Below, in pieces: positions 41,742 to 57,345 of a DNA stretch of 64,000 bases; the first letter of the stretch is position 1; every line of letters begins with the position of its first letter. The DNA comes from the human T2T-CHM13v2.0 reference genome, Homo sapiens. The notes beneath the pieces were generated by a model, which was given only the letters and a program-made list of their open reading frames with translations, ran no database searches and was not told where the DNA came from. Both the position numbers and the translations under genes were made by a program. Where the stretch lies: NCBI RefSeq assembly GCF_009914755.1, contig NC_060927.1, one strand, 5' to 3'.

Positions 41742-41903
41742 TAGAGACAGAGATTCACCATTTGCCCAGGCTGGTCTTGAACTCCTGGTCTCAAACAATC
41801 CTCTTGCCTTAGCTTCCCAAAGTGCTGGAATTACAGGTGTGAGCCACTGGGCCCGGCCTCTTGATCTCTTTTTGAAGAAAGATTTTACTGCTCTTCATTA
41901 CGT

Positions 41904-42119
41904 GAGTAGTTCTTAACTGGTGGCGATTTTGTCCAGCAGTGGGTATTTTGCAATGTCTGAAGACATTTTTGGTTGTCACAACTGTGAAAGTCTTACTACA
42001 GTTATCTAGTGGGTAGAGGCCGGGGATGTTGCTAAAACATCCTACGTGCATAGTACAGTCCCTATAGCCAAGAATTATCTGATTCAAAATGTCTATAGCA
42101 TTGCTATTGGCAAACACTG
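41904..42119 (+). mobile_element. MER20 (hAT-Charlie DNA transposon)
   Basis: GCAATGTCTGAAGACATTTTTGGTTGTCACAACTG...ATCTAGTGGGTAGAGGCCGGGGATGTTGCTAAA...AAGAATTATCTG...CAAAATGTC. Confidence 0.85.
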
Positions 42120-42149
42120 AATTAGATAATAGGAACCAATGTACATTAG

Positions 42150-42320
<171 letters not shown>

Positions 42321-42697
42321 TAGCTAGGATTACAGGCTTGTGCCGCCATGCCCGGCTAATTTCTTTGTGTTTTTAGTAGAGAGAGGGTTTTACCATGTTG
42401 GCCAGGCTGGTCTCGAACTCCTGGGCTCAAGTGATCAGCCTGCCTTGGCCTCCTAAAGTGCTAGGATTACAGGCGTGAGCCACCGTGCCTGGCCTCCCCA
42501 AATCTTACTAACTTAAAGCAACATATCTAGTCACATGGCCCTATCCAATTCAAGGAATCAATCATATCAAGGTGCCTGGAAGTGGGGGAACTACAAGTGT
42601 TTGATGAAGAACACTAATGAATACTATACAGTAATATTTTTCCTTTGACTTCCGGGAAGCTTGGAACTCACTTTTATACACAATAGCAGTAGCTTTT

Positions 42698-43080
42698 GTG
42701 TTAGTGCCGGTCTTCCAAAAAGTAGATGCCAAGATTGGGTTAGACCTCAAGAGATTTACTGAGAAAAGGCCTGAAAGGGAAAATGGAAAGGAAGCTGGTG
42801 AAGCCTGGGAGAGCATCAGGCTATGATGGAGAAGAGAGGGGAGGAAGGAAGGAAGGCAAGTTAGACGGGAAGAATCTTACAGTGCAGTGCAATTCTAAGA
42901 AAGTTTTGGCATCACTTTTGAGGGGGAGTCTTTGAGCCAAAACTGCCTCTGAGAAGAGTCCTACATCTCCTGGGTACAGTGTTCCCACAATGCTCAGACA
43001 TTGACTGGGAGCAGCCTGTGCTCTGACAGATTTCAGAGCACACACAGGACCATTGGTGAAATATGCTCCCTGCAGGTGAG
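42698..43080 (-). mobile_element. ERVL LTR, LTR33-like
   Basis: CAAGAGATTTACTGAG...GTGCAGTGCAATTCTAAGAAAGTTTTGGC...ATGCTCAGACATTGACTGGGAGCAGCC resembles recalled antisense LTR33 consensus. Confidence 0.65.
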
Positions 43081-43099
43081 ATCTGAGAGGCACATTCTC

Positions 43100-43935
43100 A
43101 TGGTTGCTTCAGTTCACCTGCTGGTATTGCATGAACATGCCTTTCCACACAGGTCCAGGGAGAAGTTCCTCTATGGTTCCTCAAGGCCTCTTTTTCTAAC
43201 TAGTTGGACAGCTACAGCCCCCATTGCTGCAGCTGATCTCATGGTTGTAACTGGTACTTATCTTCTCCCTCCTCCACTATCTACTCAATCCCCCTCACCC
43301 TCATGGATCACTTTTGCTGGTTGTAGCTTACGCGGTGGAGTGACCCTTGGTAATTATACCCTTCTTAGACTGGGGTTACTACACATGTCCATTCACAATT
43401 GCAATGCGGGGGAAAGGTGCAGTGGCTCACGCTTGTCATCTCAGCACTTTGGGAGCCCAAGTGGGGGCAGATACCTTGAGCCCAGGAGTTGGAGACCAGC
43501 CTGGGCAGCATAGCGAGAACCCCATCTCTACAAAAAATACAAAAATTAGCCGGACGTGGTGGTGTGCCCCTGTAGTCCCAGCTACTTGGGAGGCTGAGGC
43601 AGGAGAATCGCTTGAACCCAAGATGGAGTGGGTGGCGGGGTCAGGCGAGTCGGGGGCGGAGGCTGCAGTGATCTGAGATTGCCATCAATTACTCATGCTG
43701 TTATGGGGACTCCTTCTCTCATCAGCTAGACACTGGTGAGTAGCTATAGTTTGTAATTCAATAGGACCCTTGTTGTGTCCCCTGGCAAGAGTGCAGCGCC
43801 TTTGGGGACTAGGGTCTCTAACCTTGCAAAGCCTAGAGTCGCGGGGACAGGAAGCACAGAGTGGGTCATTGGGACTGATGGTAATGGGGCTACTCCTCTT
43901 CCCTGGCTTAGGTGAGCTATGGCCTTGTGGCAATC
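43100..43935 (-). mobile_element. ERV-L-class internal fragment (integrase tail/dUTPase) split by an Alu (43410-43685)
   Basis: Minus-strand translation PITISPNDPL then, in another frame (43857-43744), VLPVPATLGFARLETLVPKGAALLPGDTTRVLLNYKL*, like ERV-L ...PLTITPNDPL..LPVPATL.SAGLEVLVP.GG.LPPGDT...PLNWKL. Confidence 0.75.
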
Positions 43936-44079
43936 TCCCTCTACCCCACTTGGATTAGTTTTGCCTCCTCAGGTTGCCTCTAAGCTCCAGGTTCCTGGCT
44001 TTCCACTCTGGAAAGCTTCATTGTTTCCTCCGGTGTGCTTTGTTTGCTGTTTGTTTTGACTGGGCAATTATTCAGAAGA

Positions 44080-45150
<1,071 letters not shown>

Positions 45151-46487
45151 TAGATCTCAGTTTTTTTTTCGGATTTCTTCTGTTTTTAATTTAATTTTTT
45201 TATTTTTAAAATTTCATTAGCTTTCGGGGTCCAAGGGATTTTTGCTTGCATGGAGATGGACTGGGGGCCAAGACTTACAGGAACCAGATAAGACGCCTGA
45301 AAGAGTATGGTTAGATGGGGCAAAGCTAGGAAACTCTTGGGCTCAGCTAGGCCTGATAGGATCAGTATGTGTTGCTCGGTCTCCTCTAGGCGCTTGTGTT
45401 TGTTCCAAATCTAGCAGAACAAGCTGCTTCAGCCCAGCCCAGAGCACTAGCAGGGATGAAATGATGGGAAACTTGGGCTCTGCACATCCAGAAGTCTTGT
45501 AGCTCTGCTGAGCTCAGACTTGGAGTTACTCCAAGGGGCTGCCCCATCACATTTTGTTTGTTGTGAGCCTCAGAGCCCCAAGAGCCTGTCCTATCTTCTT
45601 TCTCTCTCTGTGGCGCTCAATAAGTACTTGTCCTGTCCTGTCCTGTCCTGGGCACTGAGGGTGGAGAGAAGAAACAAAGCAGAATGAGGGGGTGTTCTAC
45701 CTTCAGGACTCACCATTATCGGAGGCTATCTCCTTGGGGGTCCCCAGAGCAGCCCCCTGCCCTCTCAAAAGTTTTCATGACTCTTATTGTGAGTACCTAA
45801 GCTTTTCTTTGTCTTTTTTTTTTAAATTGAAGACGATTTTACATGTAATTTTCCTACATCCGCACATCTAGACCTGCTTTGATAACTTTAAAGGCTACAT
45901 AAGCTTTCACTGGATGGATACATCATAATTTTTTAACAATTCCTGTGTTGATGGACATTTAGGTTGTTCTTGCCTTTGACAGCACTGCCACAAACCTTTT
46001 TTTATGATTCTTTGTGCAAATGTGCAAGTGTAACTGTTGAATAAGCTCCTAAAAGTAGAACTGTTGGGTTAAAAGATGTGTGCATTTAAAAAAGTTGATT
46101 AGTATTGACTGACTGTTCAGATAACAGCTCAAATTGTCTCTCATTGGAGAAACAGAGGCCCCCAGAGGCCAAGTCCCCTCCAGTCCTCCCTATGTCACAT
46201 ATCCCAATGTTCCACAGGACTCACTGCTTTTTCACATTTGGTCTGACTTGCTGATATGGGTCTCAAATTGTCTCCCATTAACACAATCTTCTTAAAATTA
46301 CATTTTCTTCTATAGTATGGATAGACCATAATTGGATTCATTTCCCTATTGATGGAACTTTATTGAGGTTGCCTCGGGATGGCGCTATGCAGATAATTTT
46401 GCAAAGAGCATTTGGGGCAGTCACGGTGGCTCATGCCTATAATCCCAGCATTTTGGGAGGCTGAGGCGGGAGGATTACTTGAGGTCA

Positions 46488-46778
<291 letters not shown>

Positions 46779-46992
46779 CTAACATGTATTGAACACTTTC
46801 TATGTGTCTGCCCTGCCCTTTGCAATGTATTAGCTCAAAACTCCGATTAATTAGATATTTTTATTAGCTTAATTTTACAGATGTGAAAGCTGAGGCAGAC
46901 AGATAAATGGCATGTTCAGGGTTTTAGAGCTGATAAGAGACGGGGTTGGAGTTAAAATCCACGTTCTAGTTCCAGTCAGTGGGCCTGCCTGA

Positions 46993-47376
<384 letters not shown>

Positions 47377-47454
47377 TAGCCAGGATGGTCTCAATCTCCT
47401 GACCTCGTGATCCGCCCGCCTCGGCCTCCCAAAGTGCTAGGATTATAGGCGTGA

Positions 47455-47715
<261 letters not shown>

Positions 47716-48565
47716 TGATCCGTCCGCCTTGGCCTCCTAAAGCGTTGTGATTACAGGCGTGAGCCACCGCACCTGGCAGGAGTGTGTCTTTTTCATTTCC
47801 ATATCCCTGGGTGTAGGGGATATGGAAATGAAATATACCCCACATAAGGTCCAGCATGGAGCAGGTAGGTGCCTGTGGGACGGCTGGATGGATGAATGGA
47901 TGGATGAAGGGGAGCAGACAGGTGTGGAGAGAGGGAGGACAGGTCACACCAGAGGGGCCATTGCTCAGTGTGGCATCTTGCCTCTAAAACTCATTCATTT
48001 AACACGTTGAAGTGTTCCTTATTTTTCGGTTCCTAGCTGACTCGCCCCTTCCTGGAGGGATCTGCTGAAGCGTCCCTCTCCGATCAGAGCCTTCCCTGAC
48101 CTTCCTGTCTCCACCGCACCATGCATTCCTCACCCTCCTTATCCCGCTTAGTTTTTCTCCACAGCATCTATCCTCACCGTACATGCATTTACACTTCTGT
48201 TTTGCTTATCGTTTTCCCCATCCCCGCAGGGGAGAATAGGAACCTCACTAGGGCAGAGGCTTTGTTTGTTCACTGATTCATCACCGGGACTTAGGACATT
48301 TCCTGCTGTTGTCGCTCAGTCAGTATTTGGTGAATATGGCCCCTGTTATTCACTGTTCCAGGAGCTGGGAGTGCAGCGGCGGGCGGGACAGAGACCCCGC
48401 CTTCAGGGCTCGACATTAATCCTGCCTGAAGGTGGGAGCCCGAAGAGCCTCTCCCAGCCCTGGGCTCCAGATCACTTTGTCCCTTCCTAAAGAAATCTAA
48501 GGCTGGCAGCGACGGCTCTCCCTTGGGCGCAACAGCCGCGCCCCCGGCGGCAGGCCCGCCCCACA

Positions 48566-48581
48566 GCGCCCCCTGGCGGCC
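48566..48581 (-). promoter_or_regulatory. CTCF motif
   Basis: Minus strand GGCCGCCAGGGGGCGC matches the CTCF core consensus (CC(A/G)C(C/T)AG(G/A)(G/T)GGCGC). Confidence 0.8.
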
Positions 48582-49131
48582 CCGAGCGCGCCGCACTGGA
48601 GCCCCGCGCTCCGCAGGCGAGCTGGAAACCCCGGGAGCTCCGGGGCCATTTCCTCCCAACTTTCGGACACTTCTGCTTTCGCCCGGGGCGGGAAGAGGAG
48701 GAGGGCTGGGGGAGGGCGCAGCGCAGGGCGGGGCAGGAAGGCTGGGGCTCTGGCGCTTTCTGCCACGGCGTCATCTGGAAGACCCGCTTTTTCAAGGGCG
48801 AAGACCCCACATTCTTGGAGGGCCTAGCTTTCCTCCGGGCCCAGCTCTACACTCACCTTACGCCTCTTCTCCCCGCGGGAGGTGAGGGGTTGCGGGGTCA
48901 CAGGAGGAGGCGAGGGCCGGGCCAATGTTCGTCCTGCCGCCCTACGTCCCCTAGGTCCTGCACCAGGGTTTTGGGGCCAAAGCAAGCAGTGCCTCTGTGT
49001 TTGGGGTGGAGCTTCTTCACGGTCTGTGAACACTACGCGCAAGCCCTCGGGCGCGGTATGGGCGAGTGCCCTGCCCTGGCGGGGGTCCCAGGGATCCGCA
49101 GGGAGGGGAAGGCCTCCGAACAGAAGTCAGG

Positions 49132-49147
49132 GCGCCACCTGGCGGCC
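49132..49147 (-). promoter_or_regulatory. CTCF motif
   Basis: Minus strand GGCCGCCAGGTGGCGC matches the CTCF core consensus. Confidence 0.8.
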
Positions 49148-49148
49148 G

Positions 49149-49197
49149 CAGCCCACAGCCCACAGCCCACAGCCCACAGCCCGCAGCCCGCAGCCCT
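49149..49197. repeat. 7-bp tandem repeat (CAGCCCA/G) x7
   Basis: CAGCCCA x4, CAGCCCG x2, CAGCCCT x1 directly after the second CTCF motif. Confidence 0.95.
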
Positions 49198-49472
49198 CAG
49201 AGCCCAGACGCGCCTTAGGGGCCGCTTGGCCAGCGGGATCTGCAGACCCTAACCCTCCTGCAGGATCCCGGGCCCATTTCCCGTAGTGGTTGCGGGCCTG
49301 GGTCACTGACATACGTAAGGTATGACAATCCTACGCTAAGGTAGGATTGGACTTTGAAGAGCTGAGCAATGGCTGGGCATGGTGGTTCACTCCTGTAATC
49401 CTAGCACTTTGGGATGCTGAGGCAGGAGAATCGCTTGAGCCTAACAGTTCGAGACCCTGCCTCTACAATAAA

Positions 49473-49504
<32 letters not shown>

Positions 49505-50383
49505 AAAAGGAGCCAGGTGGGCCTGGTGGTGCGCGCCTGTACTCTCAGCTACCCGAGAGGCTGAGGTGGGAGGATCTCTTGAGCCTGGCAGGTCCAGGCT
49601 GCAGTGAGCTGTGATTGCACCACTGCGCTCCAGATTGAGCGATAAAGTGAGACCCTGTCTCAAAAAGCAAAACAATATATAAAAGAGCTGAGCACCGACC
49701 AGTCCAAGCATGAGAATGGCTTCTGTTGCTGTTGGAACTGAAGTTTCCTGACTTCATGGATGCCCTGAGGGCTCAAAATGGCTTTACCTCCTCTCCATAG
49801 TTCTCTTTTTTTCTCCTCTGTCTATATTGTTCCTTTTATTCAGTCTTGATAAAGTGTGTGTGTGACAATAAAATGAATACATAGTCGCTATTTTTAAAAA
49901 TGGAGAAAGTTCCTGTGGTTCCTGTTGGAAGTTTTCCCCTTCCTGAGAACATGGGTCTGTGCTCACTGGAAATGCAGGTTTGCTGGTTCTCCTTCCTTAA
50001 TCCTGGCAGGACTCTTGGCCCGGAGTCAAGTCCACTCCCCTTCCTGGTGTGGGCAGGAATGGCCCATTTATCTCCAGGGCTGGAAGCACCTTGGAGGCAG
50101 CTCTGGAATTGGTGAGGCTTTGGGGGTGGGAGGTAGGGGGTGTCAGAAGGGAGGCATTGGGCATCCTCAGATGTTTCTCACTTTTTTCCTTTTGCATAAC
50201 TTGATTAATTTTTTTTTTTGTGAAGTTCTTGCCCATTCAAAAACAGTTTTATTTTATTATTATTATTTTTTTTGAGACAGGGTCTCACTCCGTCACCCAG
50301 ACTGGAGTGCAGTGGCACAATCACGGCTCACTGCAGCCTCCACGTCCCTGGGCTCAGGTGATCCTTCCACCTCAGCTTCCTGA

Positions 50384-50821
<438 letters not shown>

Positions 50822-51240
50822 TGATCTTGAACTCCTGGGCTCAAGTAATCCCTGCCTTGGCCTCCCAAAGTGCTGGGATTACAGGTGTGACCCACCGCGC
50901 CCGGCCAGTTTTATTTGCTTGTATTAGGTATACCTTGTTTTATTAGTAGCCACTCATAACACGGATGCCCCCTTCTCAGTTGATCTGATTTTCTTACAAA
51001 GGGTCACATCAGTGATGGGCCAGTATCCCAGATCTGGGGTGGCAGAAACCAAGGTTGGTGGTCCACTTTCCCACTTTGGTCAGGGGTGTCCAGTCCAAGA
51101 AGTCCAGATTCCAGTAATAGGAAAGTTAGGCTGTCTTCTCCTTCTCTTTCTCCTCCTCCTTCTCCTTCTCCTTCTCCCTCTCCCTCTCCCTCTCCCTCTT
51201 CTTCTTCTTCTTTCTTCTTCTTCGACAGTCTCCTCTGTAG

Positions 51241-51384
<144 letters not shown>

Positions 51385-51691
51385 TAGCCAGGCTGGTCTT
51401 GAATTCCTGACTTCAAGAGATCTGCCTGCCTCAGCCTCCCAAAATGCTGGGATTACAGGCGGGAGCTACTGAGCCCAGCCCTGCTGTCTTTATTTTCTAC
51501 CTTACATAGTACAAAATCATATTTGTTCATTTTTTGTTACTTAAGAAATTTTTTTATTAGAACATTTCATTTCATAAAATAGAATGTATATCCTATTTGT
51601 TCCTAATAAACACCTGAAAATGCCCACTTCAACAATTCTGCTGATATTATGCTCCAACATATAGATGTCTTCTTTCAAAGAGCTGACAATC

Positions 51692-51931
<240 letters not shown>

Positions 51932-52842
51932 TCATGTGGTTTATTCAGGCAGCTCAGGGGTACACAGAGTGAGGACAGGTCTATGCTCATAAACCAGGAT
52001 CACAGAGGTTCCTGCTCTTGTGAGGCCCCAGGCCATTGTCTACTGTGGTGCTTCCCAGGTTTTTGGAGTTCATGAGCCCATGGAGTATTGGGCAAACCAC
52101 ACAGACTTGTCAATTGTTGATTTGGCACATCAGGACATTATTAGCAAAGCCAAATTCTATTATCAATTCAGAAAAGAAGGGATATTTTAATACCAAGAGC
52201 TTCTAAATGTAAGCTTCTCTCATTTCACCAAGGACTGGTAGAATAGGTAAGGATCTGCTGGTAGACCTGGCTGGTTCCCTTCACAGTTGGGTTGCTGCCT
52301 CGAGTACTCAAGGCCTCGACAACAAAGGGAGGGATATTCATTGTGGTTGTGAGTCTCTCAAAATACAGGCTTCACAGTGTCAAACCCAGTGTTTCACCTG
52401 CCCAGCCTGTTGCTGGTCGCCATCTCTGGGCTCTGGCACCTTTGGGACAAGTTTCTGTCGTTGCACTTCCCACGTTGTTTCATGGGCTTTACTGCCCCCC
52501 TCAGTGGCTTGCTGGCTAAAGACAGGAACCACATTAGATCTGACTGCTGGCTGCCCAACACTCAGCAAGTGCTCACCAAATGCCTGTTGCCCACATGAAT
52601 TAAACTCAGTTTCACTCTTTTGTATCTCCAAATAATGAAAGAAATACTCACTGTACACTGCTTGAAAAATGAGAGGGGAAATGGCCAATTTCATGCTGAG
52701 AAAGGAAATATATTTGCTAGTTTTTCCCACAGGCTATTTTATAGCTACTTGATTTCATTTAGGTTGTGGTTATTTTCTGCTGGGCAATCTTTACTCCAAA
52801 GAGATGAGGGACCCATGCTTTGCATTGTCCCACCTTCTATAA

Positions 52843-53055
52843 CCATGGTTCTCAGCCTTGCTGCACATTAGAAGCACCTGGGAGAGCTTAAAATACTGAT
52901 GCTAAGGGGCCCACCTCTGACCAGCTCAATCAGACTCTCTGGGGGTAGGGTCTGAACATTGGTTTTTGTTTGTTGGTTTGCTTCATCTCTGAGAAAAACT
53001 CAGTGATGAGTTTTTCTCAGTGATTGTAATGTGCGTCAGTGGCTGAGAACCTGTG
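52843..53055. mobile_element. MER5A-like DNA transposon
   Basis: CATGGTTCTCAGCCTTGCTGCACATTAGAAGCACCTGGGAGAGCTT...AATCAGACTCTCTGGGGGTAGGG...CTGAGAACC. Confidence 0.7.
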
Positions 53056-53279
53056 GCCTAGACACACTTTTTGGGCTCTTGCAACCGAGTGAGAGCCAGT
53101 GGTGAGATGGGGGAAGTCATGGACAAGGAAGGAGGGGAGACTGGAATTCCAGATATAGTCCGCAACTTCCCGTGGACTTGGACTTAAGCCCTTGGTTTTA
53201 TCTTCTGTAAGATGGGGATAATGACGGCTGTCTCAAAATGCTGTTGAGATGATCTGAATGCCTGGCACAGAGGAATGCT

Positions 53280-54670
<1,391 letters not shown>

Positions 54671-55380
54671 ATGCTCAATAAATGATTGCTACTGTTGTTA
54701 CCATCTAACTCAGTAGTGGCTAGGGCTGGTTTGGGGCAATAAGTAAGACTGAAGCTTTATGGGTCAGGGCAATAGGCATTATCCCAAGGAAATGACAGTG
54801 ATGAGCTCTCACTATTGAATTCCAGAGTGTGAAGTCCAGATGTGAAGATAAATGCAGGGTGCAGAAATCTTTTCCTTTTCCTCATCTGGAATGTGGAGAT
54901 TTTCATCAGGAGAGAGGGCCTGCAGCACAGGGTACAGAGCTCCAGACTTGTGGTCAGGAGGCCTGGCTTTGGCTCCTGGCTGAGTCACCAGTTCACTATG
55001 CCACCTTGGGCAAGGCCCCAGCCTATTTTATTTTATTTTATTTTGTTTTTTGGCTCCCTGAGGGGGTTGAGCTGGATGATGCGTGAAGTGCTTTCCATCT
55101 CGCTGGGGTTTGGTTTCTGCTTCTTAAGTGGTTCCAAGTTGGGCCGCTTGTATTTATGCTCAGGAGAGAGGTCACATGGCTGAATTGTGGCTGTCCTATC
55201 CAGGGCTTGAGAAAATGCCACAGACCTTACCCCATGTACTCTGAGATAGAGAGTCCAGGACATGGAGAAGCTGGGCTCCTGCATGTCTCTGCTACTGGGA
55301 TTCCCTTCCCAAGTCCCCTCAGACACACCAGGCCCTTTCCTGACAGCTTGCCCTGGAGAGGGCAGAGACCACATATAGAG

Positions 55381-55893
55381 CAGTGGTCCCCAACCTTTTT
55401 GACACCAGGGACCAGTTTCACGGAAGACAATTTTTCATGGGGGTGGGGGGTGGTTTTGGGATGATTCAAGTGCATTACATTTATTGTGCACTTTATTCCT
55501 ATTATTATTACATTGCAATATATAATGAAATAATTATACGACTCACCGTGATGTAGAATCAGTGGGAGCCCTGAGGTTGTTTTGCTGTAACTAGACGGTC
55601 CCATCTAGTGGTGATGGGATACAGTGACAGATCATCAGGCATTGATTCTCATAAGGAGTGGGCAACTTAGATCCCTCACATGCACAGTTCACAATAGGGT
55701 TCGCACTCCTATGAGAATCTAATGCTGCCACTGATCTGACAGGAGGTTGAGCTCAGGTGGTAATTCGGAGCAGCTGTAAATACAGATGAAACTTCACTGG
55801 CTAACCTGCCACACTTACCTCCTGCTGTGCGGCCCGGTTCCTAACAGGCCATGGACTCGTACCAGTTGGTGGCCCGGGGATTGGGGACCCCTG
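55381..55893 (+). mobile_element. MER1A (hAT-Charlie DNA transposon)
   Basis: TIRs CAGTGGTCCCCAACC / GATTGGGGACCCCTG, TSD ATATAGAG / ATATAGAA; shares ends with the MER1B at 38801 plus extra internal segment. Confidence 0.9.
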
Positions 55894-56922
55894 ATATAGA
55901 AAATTTATTATTTACCCCTGATATAGAGAATTTACTATTGCTTTACAAACTCAAGTGTGAAACAAACAGCATTAGTTGTGGTCCCCTTTTTCATTTATTT
56001 ATTTTTTAGAGACAGGCTCTTGCTCTGTTGCCCAGGCTGGAGTAGGGTGGCACAATCGTAGCTCACTGTAGCCTCGACCTCCTGGGCTCAAGTAATCCTT
56101 CTGCCTCAGCCTCCCAAATAGCTGGGACTACAGATGTGTGCCACCAAGCCCAGCTACGTGGCCTTCTTTAAATGATCCAATTTCTGACTCTAAGCCCCCA
56201 TCCTGCCTATTGTCAGGGGTCTTGGGACGTCAGTCTTCGGATATTATTACCACGTTATTTGCTCCCAGGGCTGCATGTCCTTGGGGCCTGGCGTCTCTTC
56301 AATTTCATGCCATGCTGGTGTGCCTGGGTCACAGGTACAGCCTATGATCATCTCCTCTGAGCACCTGCCATCTTCCCAGGGCATCTTCAGGAAAAATTAT
56401 TGAAACTAGGAACTATTGAGCTTCTCTTGTCTGTGGGTGCTAGGGGCCCCCAGCCCTAACCCAGGCATCAGCAGCTTCAGTTTCCATCTACAGAATGCAA
56501 GATCTCAGCTCACTGCAAAACTGCCCTTCCTCTGGGTGCTTCCAGGAGTCCACAGGGGATGTTTCTTGAGTAACAAGCTTTTCTCTCACCTACTTCCACT
56601 TTGGACCACACTGCCCCCTTGTGGAGGGTGGTGACTCTGCCATTGCTTTATACGCCTGTGATGGCTGTGAGTTACGTTCTTGCCCAGGGTGCATCTGACA
56701 GCCACTCAAAGCTGCAGTCCTCGAGGATCCAGAGGGTCCACACAGTTGTGTGGTCCCTCGCAGCCAGGCTGTCACCCCAGCACTCCTCCCCTGATCTGAG
56801 TTGCACCTTGTGACCTGGGCATGGAGGCAGTGCTGCCTGTGGTCCTGGGACTCTTGGGATCCTTCTTGAGGAGGACTCTTCTGCCTCAGCCTGTGGCTTT
56901 TTTCTCCGTAACACAGGCCCAG

Positions 56923-57345
56923 TGTATTAGGAGTCTTCCAATTGCAGATGACGGAAACTCAGCTTAAGTTGTTTACAATTCCAATAAATAAATAAATAAA
57001 TAAAAAGAAAGAAAGAAAGTGTATTGGTTTGTCACTGAAAACTCATGGCAAGTCTTCAGGTATAACTGGATCCAGGAGCTTGAACAGCGTGGTCAGAGCG
57101 CAGTCTTACTCCTGTCTGTTCTGCTTTCCTTTGTGCTGGCTTTACTCCCATGCAGGCTTTCTCCACTTGGGTGCTCTCTAAAGTTTTGGGCTTATTTCTT
57201 CCCCACAGCTATCAATCTTAGTGGAAAGAAGCTTCTCTTTGCCTTCAGTCCCTACAAAAGTTCTGCAATTGGGTCTCTTTGGCTCAATTCACTTGCTTGC
57301 CATTGAAACAACCCCTGTGAAAGACAGGGTGAAATATACAAATAC
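56923..57345 (-). mobile_element. Old MLT1 (L/M/N-like) LTR fragment
   Basis: TTGCAGATGACGGAAACTCAGCTTAA...CTTCAGGTATAACTGGATCCAGGAGCT...TGCAGGCTTTCTCC. Confidence 0.55.

Larger units (their letters stand above)
48370..49350. promoter_or_regulatory. CpG island, candidate promoter/insulator
   Basis: ~1 kb repeat-free, GC- and CpG-rich segment in an otherwise CpG-depleted window; GC boxes (~48557, ~48727), CCAAT (~48922), splice donors on both strands. Confidence 0.85.

Noticed and set aside
48291-49312. Overlapping 70-145 aa ORFs on both strands of the CpG island
   Set aside because: Expected from high GC content; Pro/Ala/Gly/Arg-rich with no recognisable domain, mostly non-ATG starts.
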